From: Candidatus Anstonellales archaeon
GTDB taxonomy: Archaea; Micrarchaeota; Micrarchaeia; Anstonellales; J096
Length of the DNA: 64,000 bases
Reading direction: 5' to 3'
Assembly: GCA_038890745.1 (NCBI GenBank)
Contig: JAWAFD010000002.1
Span: forward strand, 248,782 to 312,781
The notes beneath the pieces were generated by a model. The model was not told the DNA's origin and searched no databases. It saw nothing but the letters and a program-made list of their open reading frames with translations. The position numbers were made by a program, and so were the translations under genes. Shown piece by piece: positions 39,367 to 49,504 of the stretch (positions are counted from its first letter, which is position 1; each line of letters starts with the position of its first letter).

Positions 39367-39492
39367 ATGCCGGAGTATGTCGATTATAAATCCGGAAAAC
39401 CGATAGAAGGAAAAAAGGATTTTTCGTTTGCAGGTGGAAAAATTGTTTTCAAGGAAAGACCATCCATAGCACTCGAGTCTTCGACTGATTAA
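39367..39492 (+). CDS. rpoP: RNA polymerase subunit P (Rpo12), lacking the Zn cysteines
   Basis: MPEYVDYKSGKPIEGKKDFSFAGGKIVFKERPSIALESSTD; GAGGTG SD; conserved slot after rpl37ae; G.KI.FK.RP motif; not in ORF track. Confidence 0.75.
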   Translation: MPEYVDYKSGKPIEGKKDFSFAGGKIVFKERPSIALESSTD

Positions 39493-39493
39493 G

Positions 39494-39715
39494 ATGAAAT
39501 CAAGAGCACTGTTGGCCCTCACCGTTAAGGATCCCTATGCATTCATAAAGGCAGTTGAGCATGAGAGACATTCAAAAAGGGTAAGAACCTCCATTTCATA
39601 TGAAGGGAATGTTGTTAAGATAGAGGTAGAGGCAGAAGATGCAACCTCTTTAAGAGCAACTTTAAATACTTATCTGCGCATAGCACAAAGCGCTGAAGAG
39701 CTTGAGGGAGGATAG
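39494..39715 (+). CDS. pcc1: KEOPS subunit Pcc1
   Basis: I.VEA.D.TSLRA.LNTYLR. Confidence 0.88.
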   Translation: MKSRALLALTVKDPYAFIKAVEHERHSKRVRTSISYEGNVVKIEVEAEDATSLRATLNTYLRIAQSAEELEGG

Positions 39716-39716
39716 T

Positions 39717-40052
39717 ATGGTGCTTGATAGCGAAATAGCAGAATATCAAAAAATGGAAAAGGAACTGCAGACAATACTTTTGCAGAAATACCAGATAGAG
39801 ATGCAACTGAATGAGATAGGCATGGCACTTGAAGAGATAGAAAAGGTTGATGAGAAAGCTGAGATATACCGGGCGATAGGAAGCATACTTATAAGGACAA
39901 CTGTTGAGAAAGCGCGCGATGACTTAAAAGGGAGGAAGGCGTTGTTAGAAACGCGTATGAAAACGCTTTCTCAACAGGAGGAAAAGCTCAGGGCTTCGCT
40001 TTCCCGTCTGACAAAAAAACTCCAGGAAGAGCTTAAGCATGAAGGCGGCTGA
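39717..40052 (+). CDS. pfdB: Prefoldin subunit beta
   Basis: QK...E..L.E...ALEE, IYRAIG.ILI. Confidence 0.9.
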   Translation: MVLDSEIAEYQKMEKELQTILLQKYQIEMQLNEIGMALEEIEKVDEKAEIYRAIGSILIRTTVEKARDDLKGRKALLETRMKTLSQQEEKLRASLSRLTKKLQEELKHEGG

Positions 40053-40968
40053 AATTTTTTCTTCTTTTTATTCAAAATACAAAAACTCAAAATTAGTCAT
40101 TGCTACGCATGAGAATGCAGACATGGATGCGCTTGCTTCTGCATATGTTCTTAAGAAATATTTTCCCAATTCTCAGATTGCGGTTCCAAAAAAGATTGCC
40201 TATGATGCAGAGAATTTTGCAAAAAAATTCCACATAAGGTTTGAGTGGTTTGAAAAACTTAATCCAAAAAATTTTGATGGACTGATTGCTGTTGACACCT
40301 CTTCAAAGACCCTCCTCCCATCAGAAAAATGGAAGGTCCTACTCATAATAGACCACCATAAAGGAGAGCCGGATTTTAATTCCGAATACAAAATAATAGA
40401 TGAGAACGCCGGCGCAACCTCTCAGATTGTTGCAGAAATCCTTCCCACCATGGATGCAGAAACCTCTTTTGTTCTTGCCGCAGGGATTCTATCCGATACT
40501 GCTCGGTTCAAGCGCGGCGATTTGAGAATCTTTGAAACATTCACAAAACTTTTGAAGCAGAGCAAAAAAACCTATGATGAGGTGTATGAACTTGGCGAGC
40601 CAGAAAAGCCAAAGGATGCAAAAAAAGCAGTCCTTACCGCTCTTCAGCGTCTGGAGTTTTTGGAACTCGGCGGCTATATCGTTGCGCTCAGCCATGTTGG
40701 AACAAAGGAAAGCATTTCCGCCGCTCTTCTTTCAGAGATTGCAGACATTTCTTTTGTTGCAAGCTATAAGGAAGATGAAAAGATTGTGAGAATCTCAGCC
40801 CGCGCAAGGAATCATGTTAAGGTCAAGCTGAATGAAGTGATGAAGGAGGTCGGTGCAGCTATTGGTGGTGATGGCGGCGGGCATGAGAAGGCTGCGGGCG
40901 CGCAGGGAAAAGCAAGCGAACAGGAAGCTTTAAAGAAATGCGTTGAGATTTTAAGAAAACATATTTAA
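40039..40968 (+). CDS. DHH family phosphoesterase
   Basis: H.NADMDA, VDT, IIDHH, GILSDT, GGGHEKAAG. Confidence 0.9.
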   Translation: MKAAEIFSSFYSKYKNSKLVIATHENADMDALASAYVLKKYFPNSQIAVPKKIAYDAENFAKKFHIRFEWFEKLNPKNFDGLIAVDTSSKTLLPSEKWKVLLIIDHHKGEPDFNSEYKIIDENAGATSQIVAEILPTMDAETSFVLAAGILSDTARFKRGDLRIFETFTKLLKQSKKTYDEVYELGEPEKPKDAKKAVLTALQRLEFLELGGYIVALSHVGTKESISAALLSEIADISFVASYKEDEKIVRISARARNHVKVKLNEVMKEVGAAIGGDGGGHEKAAGAQGKASEQEALKKCVEILRKHI

Positions 40969-41002
40969 ACATTTTTGTTCAAAAAATATGGGGTGAGCTC
41001 GT

Positions 41003-41395
41003 ATGGGGAGAAGGGTGGTCGGTTTTAGTATTTTAGTTTCGATGGTAGTTTTAGCAGGAAAATCAAAATCCCAGCAACAAAACTATGATTACATGCGAGA
41101 TTTCCAGAGAAGAAATGACTCTCTTTTCTTAGAGCAATATAGAAAAACCCAAGACAGTGCTATCGCAAATTGGAATTATTGGTGGTCTTACACTGACCCA
41201 ACAAAAACAGGAACAGGAACAACACAATCCCCTTGGGCTGCTTTTATCGATCCGGTAACTGGTCATAGAATATACGCCCCTGGTGGAGCAGTTAGGCCAA
41301 AACCTGTTTGGGACCCAAACCATGGTGTGGTAATATTTGTTCCGGAAACATTAAGAACCATTCAGGGTACTGTTCCGGACACAACGAATAAATAA
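41003..41395 (+). CDS. Small exported hypothetical protein
   Basis: Signal-peptide-like N-terminus, GGTGA SD; Trp/Pro/Thr-rich. Confidence 0.6.
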   Translation: MGRRVVGFSILVSMVVLAGKSKSQQQNYDYMRDFQRRNDSLFLEQYRKTQDSAIANWNYWWSYTDPTKTGTGTTQSPWAAFIDPVTGHRIYAPGGAVRPKPVWDPNHGVVIFVPETLRTIQGTVPDTTNK

Positions 41396-41438
41396 TTCTC
41401 TTTTAAACCTTTCTTTTCAATTTCTTTCTGGTGTTTCT

Positions 41439-42425
41439 ATGAGAACAGTTCTAGTTGGTGGACAGTATGGAGATGAGGGAAAGGGAAAGATTACCGGCTA
41501 CATCGCCATGAAAGACAAGCCAAAGATAGTTGTTCGCGGCGGTGTTGGGCCGAACGCAGGCCATAAGGTTCTTTATAAAGGAAAGACATACGGAATGCGT
41601 CAGCTTCCATGCGGTTTTGTGTATGAAAAGGCAAAGGTAATGATAGGTGCTGGCGTGCTCGTCGACCCTGATGTTTTTCTTAAAGAGGTTGAGATGATAA
41701 ACGCAAAAAACAGGGCGTTTGTTGATTTCCGCTGCACGGTCATAGAGCAGAGACATAAGGATGAGGATGCAGGCGCAGTTGGCCAAAAAATAGGAACAAC
41801 AAAAACAGGTTGCGGGCCTGCTTGGAGCGAGAGGGTGAGAAGAACCGCAAAGCTCGCTCAGGACGAACCACGACTAAAACCGTTTTTGACTGATGTTGCG
41901 AAAGCGGTTAATAAGGAGAAAAATGTTTTAATAGAGGGGAGCCAAGGGTTTATGCTTTCTGTTCTTTACGGGACCTATCCTTATGTAACAAGCAAAGATA
42001 CCTCTGCTTCTTCCATTGCTGCCGATGTTGGGCTTGGCCCAAGGTCAATAGATAATGTGATAATGGTAATAAAATCCTACACAACTCGCGTAGGAAATGG
42101 TCCTCTGAAAAATGAGGTTAGTGTGCAGGAGGCGGAAAAGTTAGGAATGCAGGAATACGGAACAGTTACCGGCAGGCCCAGAAGAACCTCCCTTGACCTA
42201 CACTGGGAGGATTTGAGAATGGCTGCGGAGATAAACTCAGCAACATATTTGGCGGTTACAAAGGTCGATGTAAGATTTCCTGGAAATCAGGGGGTTAGAA
42301 AATATTCCCAGCTCACAAAAGAGGCCAGAAAATTCATAGAGAATATAGAGAAAAAAGTTGGCGTTCCGGTTGGGTTGATAGGAACAGGGCCTGATGTTTT
42401 TGATGTGATAGATAGAAGGGAATAA
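41439..42425 (+). CDS. purA: Adenylosuccinate synthetase (short archaeal type)
   Basis: GQYGDEGKGK, GPNAGH, GTYPYVTS, EYGTVTGRPRR. Confidence 0.96.
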   Translation: MRTVLVGGQYGDEGKGKITGYIAMKDKPKIVVRGGVGPNAGHKVLYKGKTYGMRQLPCGFVYEKAKVMIGAGVLVDPDVFLKEVEMINAKNRAFVDFRCTVIEQRHKDEDAGAVGQKIGTTKTGCGPAWSERVRRTAKLAQDEPRLKPFLTDVAKAVNKEKNVLIEGSQGFMLSVLYGTYPYVTSKDTSASSIAADVGLGPRSIDNVIMVIKSYTTRVGNGPLKNEVSVQEAEKLGMQEYGTVTGRPRRTSLDLHWEDLRMAAEINSATYLAVTKVDVRFPGNQGVRKYSQLTKEARKFIENIEKKVGVPVGLIGTGPDVFDVIDRRE

Positions 42426-42447
42426 AACAAAAAAGAAAAAATTGTTT

Positions 42448-43203
42448 TTAGTTCTTTTTAACCGAAATAGCTATTGGAAAAACTACATTGCCCTTAGATG
42501 TTTTAACGACAGTGGTTTTTTCCGGAACTGGTTTTATGAGTTTTGGCGGAAATGCGTCATAGGGAAATATTCCAAGCACTGCATATCCTTCATCTCTGTT
42601 TGTTTCGTAGTTGTGTGCGTATATATACCCAAAACCCGGAACAGATACCTTGTTGGTATCACCTTCCATAATCTGTTCTTTTATCGGCTGTCCACCATTC
42701 AATTCGCAGTTAAGGTTAGCATCGCAGAAGGCAACGATCACCATATCTGGAAAGTACTCTGAAAAATCATCCAGAACCATTCCAATACCCCTGTCTTCTT
42801 CTGTGGTTACAAGAAAATCGTTCTTGTGCATAGTAACCGGTATCGGAGTAGACATGTTGGTTACATTCCAGCAATATGTTATTTTGAATGACTTTTTCTT
42901 AGCTGAGGATAGCGGATTTAATTCAATGATGAGCATGTCCGCTGTTTCTGTGGTGAAGAATACCTTGTTACCCGGTATTGTATTCATATATAATTTTGCT
43001 TTTACATAACCAGGCTCTGATTCTTGCCAAAGTTTGAAAACAGCGGCTTTTCCATACCCATCCTCTATATTATACTGGTATATACCTGTAAACGGTCCCA
43101 TCGAGAAGAGATCACCGTAGCCCAATGCAGTCATCTGGCTAGTACACTCGCTAAACAACATTCCAACAACCAATAGAACCCCAAATATAGTTTTAGTTTT
43201 CAT
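42448..43203 (-). CDS. Secreted protein, partial paralog of the 15231-17516 S-layer-like protein
   Basis: Signal peptide; shared GQPIK.I..G.T...PG.G segment and similar C-terminus. Confidence 0.7.
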   Translation of the reverse strand: MKTKTIFGVLLVVGMLFSECTSQMTALGYGDLFSMGPFTGIYQYNIEDGYGKAAVFKLWQESEPGYVKAKLYMNTIPGNKVFFTTETADMLIIELNPLSSAKKKSFKITYCWNVTNMSTPIPVTMHKNDFLVTTEEDRGIGMVLDDFSEYFPDMVIVAFCDANLNCELNGGQPIKEQIMEGDTNKVSVPGFGYIYAHNYETNRDEGYAVLGIFPYDAFPPKLIKPVPEKTTVVKTSKGNVVFPIAISVKKN

Positions 43204-43227
43204 GTGTTTTATTGTGTACCTAAATGT

Positions 43228-43956
43228 TTAAAAACCCCCTCTTTTTACCCATCCCAAAACTTTTTCCACATTCCTTTTTACTCCATGTTTTTCATAATAA
43301 TTTACTATGTTTCTTACATCCCTTTCCAGCAACTCCTCAAATAGAGGATGTCCCTTTACAACCCCCTCGCTGAAATCTATTAGATAAGGAACATCCCCAA
43401 GAAGAACGTTATACTCGCTTATGTCCCCATGCACAAACCCAACCTTGTACATTTTTTTAATATCATCCAAAATACTCTCCAGATCTTCTTCCCTTATTAT
43501 TTTCGTATCTTTTAATTTTGGATACGGTAATCCTTCCTCACCAAGAAAGCTCATCACAACAACATTGTTCTCAACATAATATGGCTTTGGCGCATGCACC
43601 CCAGCTTTCTCAGCGATCTCTAAGTTTTTAAACTCCTTTCTGGCAAATGCATACGTGATGCTCCTTTCGTCCCATCTTATATTTCTAAAACGCGAATCCC
43701 CTTTCAAATATCTGTCCCTTCTTTCAAATCCAGTTGTTTCTATTTTGTATATCTTTACAGCAAGGTTTTCGCTCCCTCTCGTTGCCCTGTAAACATTCGC
43801 CTCCTTTCCAGTTGAAACGCAGTAATCCAAACTATCGATAATTCCCTTTTTTATTATCTTCGCAACCGTCAGCAGGGTTTTTTTATCAAACACCCCTTCC
43901 TCTATCCCCCACCGCTCTTTCAGCTGCTTCTTTTCTTTTAGAGGTCTTTTGGCCAT
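43228..43956 (-). CDS. rio1: RIO1 family serine kinase
   Basis: STGKEANVY, AVKIY, VHGDISEYN, IDFS. Confidence 0.93.
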   Translation of the reverse strand: MAKRPLKEKKQLKERWGIEEGVFDKKTLLTVAKIIKKGIIDSLDYCVSTGKEANVYRATRGSENLAVKIYKIETTGFERRDRYLKGDSRFRNIRWDERSITYAFARKEFKNLEIAEKAGVHAPKPYYVENNVVVMSFLGEEGLPYPKLKDTKIIREEDLESILDDIKKMYKVGFVHGDISEYNVLLGDVPYLIDFSEGVVKGHPLFEELLERDVRNIVNYYEKHGVKRNVEKVLGWVKRGGF

Positions 43957-43969
43957 GTACAGAAAAAAT

Positions 43970-44329
43970 TCAGAAGTTTATATAACCCTTTTCTTTCAGC
44001 CACTTTCCCTCGATCGGTTTGTATCTCCAAACAATATCCCCTTTTGTATCCCCTTCTATCTCCCAGGGTTCAACCAAAACAACATCCCCTTCTTTTACCC
44101 ATATCTCTTTTTTTAACCTTCCGGGCACCCTGCACACCCTCTCCTTTCCATCTGCGCATATGCACATCATCCTTGCTCCACCCAAAGCAGAAACAACAAC
44201 ACCAAAAATTTCCTTCCCCTTTGGAAATCTTATCCTGCTTTCAATCGGGATGGGTTTTCCTTCTGCATCCACCAGCTCTTCACTTTCCTCTGGTTTTTCA
44301 TGCCCCTTTCCCATCTTTCTTTCACTCAT
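43970..44329 (-). CDS. eif1a: Translation initiation factor aIF-1A
   Basis: LGG.R....C.DG.ER.CR.PG...K.IW..EGD.VLV.PW; ATG overlaps the upstream TGA. Confidence 0.94.
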   Translation of the reverse strand: MSERKMGKGHEKPEESEELVDAEGKPIPIESRIRFPKGKEIFGVVVSALGGARMMCICADGKERVCRVPGRLKKEIWVKEGDVVLVEPWEIEGDTKGDIVWRYKPIEGKWLKEKGYINF

Positions 44330-44730
44330 GCTCTCACCGGCCTCCTCGCTCCGCACGCCTCACATATAAGCGTTTTAACTCCCATGATAGTTTCGATGTG
44401 CGTATCTGGTTTTCCGCACTCTTTGCACATCACAAATTCCTTTATAAAAACATCAACCTTTGACTGAATAAGGTCGTTCAAGACCTTCCTTTGTACTATC
44501 AACCTATCACCGCTCATCTCCACCGGTGCTGCGAGCTCCCTGCTCAGATATTTTGAAAGCATTGCTGGTTCCCTTCTTATCACATCGCATATCTGCCTAA
44601 AATTTTTCACTATTGTTTTATTCCCCTCAGTAAAACTTGCAACCTTTGGGATCTCCAGCCTCTCACCACTACCCTTTTTTTCTGGCAGCTTTGCATAAGC
44701 CTCCTCAAGCATTTTTTCGTATTCGTCCAT
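44326..44730 (-). CDS. eif2b: Translation initiation factor aIF-2 beta
   Basis: YE.ML..AY, EGNKT...NF, C.ECGKPDT, CEACGA. Confidence 0.94.
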   Translation of the reverse strand: MDEYEKMLEEAYAKLPEKKGSGERLEIPKVASFTEGNKTIVKNFRQICDVIRREPAMLSKYLSRELAAPVEMSGDRLIVQRKVLNDLIQSKVDVFIKEFVMCKECGKPDTHIETIMGVKTLICEACGARRPVRA

Positions 44731-44781
44731 CCTATCTCCTTTTACTCTTCGGTATTTAGAAGAAAACATTTAAAAATGCAA

Positions 44782-46044
44782 TTAGGTTCCTTCCCTCCAG
44801 CTCGCAAGGTATTTCTTCTGCTCTTCACTAAGTTCGTCCTTTTCCACTCTCATCGCTCTGAGCTGGAGCTTAGCAATTTCATCATCAATCTCTTCAGGCA
44901 GTTTTATAACTTTTGGCGGAAGCTTCCCTTTATTTTTCACCAAGTACTCCACAGCCAATGCTTGGCCGGCAAAACTTGTAGCCATTACTTCGGAAGGATG
45001 GCCTTCTGCAGCAGCCAGATTAATCAACCTTCCCTCCCCAAGCACATACACCCTTTTTCCATCAATGATATATTCATCCATGAAAGGCCTTACCCTTCTC
45101 ACGCTTTTAGCCGCTTTTTTCAGCCCGGCAACATCAATCTCAACATCAAAATGTCCTGCGTTTGCGAGCACAGCCCCATCCTTCATCCTCCTTGCATGCT
45201 CTACGGTAACAACGTGTTTGTTGCCAGTCACCGTGATAAAAATATCTCCTTCTTTTGCCGCCTCCATCATTGGCATCACCCTGTACCCATCAAGCTTTGC
45301 CTGCAATGCTCTGAACGCATCCACTTCTGTAACTATTACATTTGCCCCAAGCCCTTTTGCTTTCAGCGCTACTCCCTTTCCGCAATCGCCGTATCCCGCA
45401 ACAACAACGTTTTTTCCGGCGAATAAAATATTCGTTGCGCGCATTATCCCATCCAATGTTGACTGGCCGGTTCCGTAATAATTGTCCAACAAATGTTTTG
45501 TTTTATTATCGTTCACTGCAACAACCGGAAATTTCAGCACCCCTTCCCTTTCCATCGCCTTTACCCTTATTATTCCTGTTGTGGTTTCCTCGCACCCACC
45601 GATAATTTTTGGAAGCATCTCCTTTCTTTTTGTGTGCAATTCAGTAATCAAATCAAGCCCATCATCTATCACGATGTTCGGATGGTGCGAGAGCACAGCC
45701 TCCAGATACCTATAATAATCCTCCCTACTCTCCCCTTTGTACGCATAAACATTCACTCCCTCTTTTGCAAGCTGTGCCGCAACGTCATCCTGTGTACTCA
45801 AAGGATTGCAGCTCGTTATGGCAACCTTCGCCCCACCTGCGATGAGCGTTCTTACAAGCACAGCCGTTTCCTTTGTAACGTGGAGGGCCATTCCAACAGT
45901 TATTCCTTTCAACGGCTTCTCTTTCTCAAACCTTTTCCTTATCTCCATCAATGGGCCCATTCTCATCTCCGCTAGCTCAATGTTTTTCTTCCCCTGCTCA
46001 GCAAGCCCCAGATCCCTAACCTCATAATTTTTTCCTTTTTCCAT
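44782..46044 (-). CDS. ahcY: Adenosylhomocysteinase
   Basis: SCNPLSTQDD, EETTTG, DN.YGTGQS, GYG.CGKG, GHPSEVM. Confidence 0.97.
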   Translation of the reverse strand: MEKGKNYEVRDLGLAEQGKKNIELAEMRMGPLMEIRKRFEKEKPLKGITVGMALHVTKETAVLVRTLIAGGAKVAITSCNPLSTQDDVAAQLAKEGVNVYAYKGESREDYYRYLEAVLSHHPNIVIDDGLDLITELHTKRKEMLPKIIGGCEETTTGIIRVKAMEREGVLKFPVVAVNDNKTKHLLDNYYGTGQSTLDGIMRATNILFAGKNVVVAGYGDCGKGVALKAKGLGANVIVTEVDAFRALQAKLDGYRVMPMMEAAKEGDIFITVTGNKHVVTVEHARRMKDGAVLANAGHFDVEIDVAGLKKAAKSVRRVRPFMDEYIIDGKRVYVLGEGRLINLAAAEGHPSEVMATSFAGQALAVEYLVKNKGKLPPKVIKLPEEIDDEIAKLQLRAMRVEKDELSEEQKKYLASWREGT

Positions 46045-46054
46045 GCTATCTTCT

Positions 46055-46975
46055 CTATTGTTCATATTTTAAAACTTTCCCAATTTTCGCACAGTAGTAT
46101 TTACAGCTCTCTGCCCCAAGCATGTTCCCAATTTTCAACCATTTTTTCTCTTCCGTTTCGTTTAGCATGGCATACGCGACGCCAGAATTAAAATAATCCC
46201 CTGCTCCTGTGGAATCCTTCACCCTCACCCTTAATGCCTTCTCTTTGTAAAACTTCCCATTTATAATCCCCATGCTTCCCCTTTCCCCTAATTTTATGAA
46301 CAACTGCTTCCCATTTTTTCTCGCCCAGTTTTTTGCTTTCTCAAAACTCCCAAACAGCGCAGGAATCTCGCTTTCATTTCCAGAAACCGCAATGCAGTTT
46401 TTATTTTTTGCAATTGCGATATGCAGGTGTTTATACTTTTTTATTATGCCTGCATTTTCCAAACCAAAAAAATATTTGTTCTTTTTCGTAAGTTCAAGTA
46501 TCTCTTCACTTATGCTCCCATATTCCGCGATTGCGTATGTTGAGAAATACATAAGTTTATTTCTGAATTTTGCACCGGTTTTTTCTCCAGAAACCCCTTT
46601 AAAAGAAACATAGCTTTGTTTTCCTTTTTCAAGAAGGCTCAAAACCTTCCCGGTCCTACCTTTTACTTCTCGTAATTTTGCTTTAACCCTGCATTTTTTC
46701 AAATGTTCTTCTATCGTCTTTCCCTCCCAATCTTTTCCAATTGTCCCGTACAACTCAACCTTTCCACCCAATTTCGCAAACCCCTCAGCAAAATTCTTCT
46801 CATTCCCTCCGGGATATCTGCACAAAATTCTATTTTTTACTTTTGCAAGAATTTCCTCAAACCTTTTCCCATCCACAAAGATACATTCTTCGAGCTCTAT
46901 CCCCAAGTCTTTTCTTATTTTTCCATCTCCAGCGCTTATGTCCAGCATGGGTGGGCCTATGGCTACTATATCCAT
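46055..46975 (-). CDS. PfkB family kinase (possible nucleoside/adenosine kinase)
   Basis: PGG...N, G.IG.D..G, DSTGAGDYF; directly upstream of ahcY. Confidence 0.85.
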   Translation of the reverse strand: MDIVAIGPPMLDISAGDGKIRKDLGIELEECIFVDGKRFEEILAKVKNRILCRYPGGNEKNFAEGFAKLGGKVELYGTIGKDWEGKTIEEHLKKCRVKAKLREVKGRTGKVLSLLEKGKQSYVSFKGVSGEKTGAKFRNKLMYFSTYAIAEYGSISEEILELTKKNKYFFGLENAGIIKKYKHLHIAIAKNKNCIAVSGNESEIPALFGSFEKAKNWARKNGKQLFIKLGERGSMGIINGKFYKEKALRVRVKDSTGAGDYFNSGVAYAMLNETEEKKWLKIGNMLGAESCKYYCAKIGKVLKYEQ

Positions 46976-47162
46976 ACAGAAAGCTGAGATAAAAACATAT
47001 AAATACTTTTCCTATAAAAACACAACCGTTTTGTCCGGCGATGGCGAATACCACACCCCGAATGGCTCATGTATATCAGACAGCAATTTTTCAGCGAGTT
47101 TGCAGTAAACTTAATAAATATAAACCTTTTCTTTCAACTCAATCTGTCTATTTGGTGGTATT

Positions 47163-49499
47163 ATGGAATATGTAAAATGGTTTGAGGAGTTGAGAAAAAC
47201 CCATATAGGAATAGCTGGCGGAAAGGGAGCAAACTTGGGGGAGATGACAAGCGCTGGGTTTCCCATCCCACCCGGTTTTGTTGTTACTTCAAATGCATAT
47301 TTTAAACATCTTGAGTACAATCAACTGACCAATCTTATTAAGGATATTTTAGTTGATTTGGATGTTAACGATACGAAAATGCTGGAGTCTGCTTCCCAGA
47401 GAATTAAGGAGCTCATCATGAGCGGGGAAGTTCCTCCAGATGTAAGGAAGGAGATAGTAGAGGCGTACAAAGAATTGTGTAAGAGGGAAGGAAAACCGAC
47501 CTATGTTGCGGTGCGTAGCTCAGCAACCGCTGAGGATCTGCCAGAAGCAAGCTTTGCAGGACAGCAGAAAACCCTCCTCAATGTAATCGGAGAAGGCGAT
47601 GTTGTTGAGGCGGTGAAAGAGGACTGGGCATCCCTTTTTGAGCCGAGAGCGATATTTTACAGAGCCCAGAAAGGTTTTGATCATATGAGGGTTGGGTTGG
47701 CTGCTGTCGTACAGAAAATGGTTGAGAGTACAGCCTCAGGTGTAATGTTTACAGTGGACCCGATAAGCGAGGACGAGAGTATTCTAACAATAGAGGCAGG
47801 GTACGGATTGGGCGAATACATTGTTTCCGGTACAATCACGCCGGATACATACAGAGTAAACAAAAATACTCTTGAAATAATCAGCAAGGATATAAGCACG
47901 CAAACCAAGAAATTAATCCGCGTTGGAGACAAAAATGAGTCTGTACCCGTAGAAAAGGATAAACAAAAAAGCCAAAAGATAACAGATGAACAAATAAAAA
48001 CAATAGCGAAGTACGGTATTCAAGTGGAGAAATATTATGATTTTCCGCAAGATATTGAGTGGGCAATGGAGGGTGATAAATTCTACATTACACAGGCAAG
48101 GCCCATCACAACGCTTAAAGGAAAAGGAAAGGAAAAGAAAAAAGAGAAAAAAGAAGAGAAAAAGGAAATCGGCGAAGCGAAGATGATAGTTAAGGGCCTT
48201 CCTGCTTCTCCCGGAGTAGGGATGGGTGTTGCGAAGATCCTTAAGGATGCCAGCGAAATAGGAAAGATTGAGAGCGGCGATGTTCTTGTTGCAAAAATGA
48301 CAACACCAGACTTCGTTCCTGCCATGAAAAAAGCAAGCGCAATAGTTACGGATGAGGGCGGGATGACCTCCCATGCAGCCATAGTGAGCAGAGAATTGGG
48401 AATTCCGTGCATAGTTGGCACAGGAAACGCAACCCAGGTGATACAAGATGGTATGGAGATAACAGTAGATGGAAGCGGTGGGATTGTTTACTCTGGAAAG
48501 GTTGCCGTGGCTGTTCCGACAGAAGAAAAACCATCGCTACTTTCCGGAGTTGCCCCGGTGATTACGGCAACAAAGATATATGTTAACCTGGCAGAGCCAG
48601 ACCTTGCAGATAAAATTGCCAAGCTTCCTGTGGATGGAGTTGGTTTGCTTAGAGCAGAGTTTATGATCGCAGGGATAGGAGAGCATCCTAAAAAAATGCT
48701 TGAGGAGGGAAGGGAGCAGGAGTTTATAGATAAACTGGCTGAGGGAATGAGAAAATTTGCTGCAGCATTCTATCCAAGGCCTGTTGTGTACCGGGCCACG
48801 GATTTCAAAACCAATGAGTACAAAAACTTGAAGGGCGGGGAGAAATACGAACCAGAAGAAGCAAACCCAATGATGGGCTACAGGGGGGCAGTCAGGTATA
48901 TAAAGGAACCTGAACTCTTCAAGATGGAACTTAAAGCAATGAAAAAGGTAAGGGATGAGTTTGGTTTGAAAAACCTTTGGCTCATGATACCATTTGTAAG
49001 AAGAATAGGTGAGATCAGGGCAATAAAGGAGATACTAAGGGAGGTTGGGATTTACAGAACAAGGGACTTCAAGCTATGGATAATGGTTGAGGTACCGAGC
49101 ACCGTTTTCCTTATAGATAAGTTTGCAGAGGAAGGGATAGATGGGGTAAGCATAGGTACAAACGATCTTACTCAGCTTATTCTTGGAATAGACCGGGACA
49201 ACGCAACACTTGGAAGGGAGTTTGATGAAAGGAACGATGCGGTGCTGAGAGCATTGAAGCATGTCATAAAAACCTGCAATAAATACAAGATTACGGTTTC
49301 TCTCTGCGGGCAGGCGCCTAGTGTATACCCAGAATTCGCAGAAAAGCTTGTGGAGTTTGGTATAACCAGTATAAGCGTAAACCCTGATGCGGTTGAGAGA
49401 ACAAGAAACATTGTTGCTTCTGCTGAGAAAAAAATAATGCTCAAAAAACTTTCAGAACTATCAGAGCATCTTGCTAAACAAAGAGAGAATGGATACTGA
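47163..49499 (+). CDS. ppsA: Phosphoenolpyruvate synthase
   Basis: GGKGANLGE, VAVRSSATAEDLP, TSHAAIVSRE phospho-His, SIGTNDLTQL. Confidence 0.97.
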   Translation: MEYVKWFEELRKTHIGIAGGKGANLGEMTSAGFPIPPGFVVTSNAYFKHLEYNQLTNLIKDILVDLDVNDTKMLESASQRIKELIMSGEVPPDVRKEIVEAYKELCKREGKPTYVAVRSSATAEDLPEASFAGQQKTLLNVIGEGDVVEAVKEDWASLFEPRAIFYRAQKGFDHMRVGLAAVVQKMVESTASGVMFTVDPISEDESILTIEAGYGLGEYIVSGTITPDTYRVNKNTLEIISKDISTQTKKLIRVGDKNESVPVEKDKQKSQKITDEQIKTIAKYGIQVEKYYDFPQDIEWAMEGDKFYITQARPITTLKGKGKEKKKEKKEEKKEIGEAKMIVKGLPASPGVGMGVAKILKDASEIGKIESGDVLVAKMTTPDFVPAMKKASAIVTDEGGMTSHAAIVSRELGIPCIVGTGNATQVIQDGMEITVDGSGGIVYSGKVAVAVPTEEKPSLLSGVAPVITATKIYVNLAEPDLADKIAKLPVDGVGLLRAEFMIAGIGEHPKKMLEEGREQEFIDKLAEGMRKFAAAFYPRPVVYRATDFKTNEYKNLKGGEKYEPEEANPMMGYRGAVRYIKEPELFKMELKAMKKVRDEFGLKNLWLMIPFVRRIGEIRAIKEILREVGIYRTRDFKLWIMVEVPSTVFLIDKFAEEGIDGVSIGTNDLTQLILGIDRDNATLGREFDERNDAVLRALKHVIKTCNKYKITVSLCGQAPSVYPEFAEKLVEFGITSISVNPDAVERTRNIVASAEKKIMLKKLSELSEHLAKQRENGY

Positions 49500-49504
49500 T
49501 TTTT

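Noticed and set aside
44776..46027. Long antisense ORFs over ahcY, and similar ones over other housekeeping genes
   Set aside because: These are shadow frames of well-supported genes, with Ser/Phe/Leu-rich compositions expected from the complement of a purine-rich coding strand.
47037..47076. Fluoride riboswitch-like GGCGATGG...GCTCATG upstream of ppsA
   Set aside because: The required P1 and pseudoknot pairings cannot be formed.
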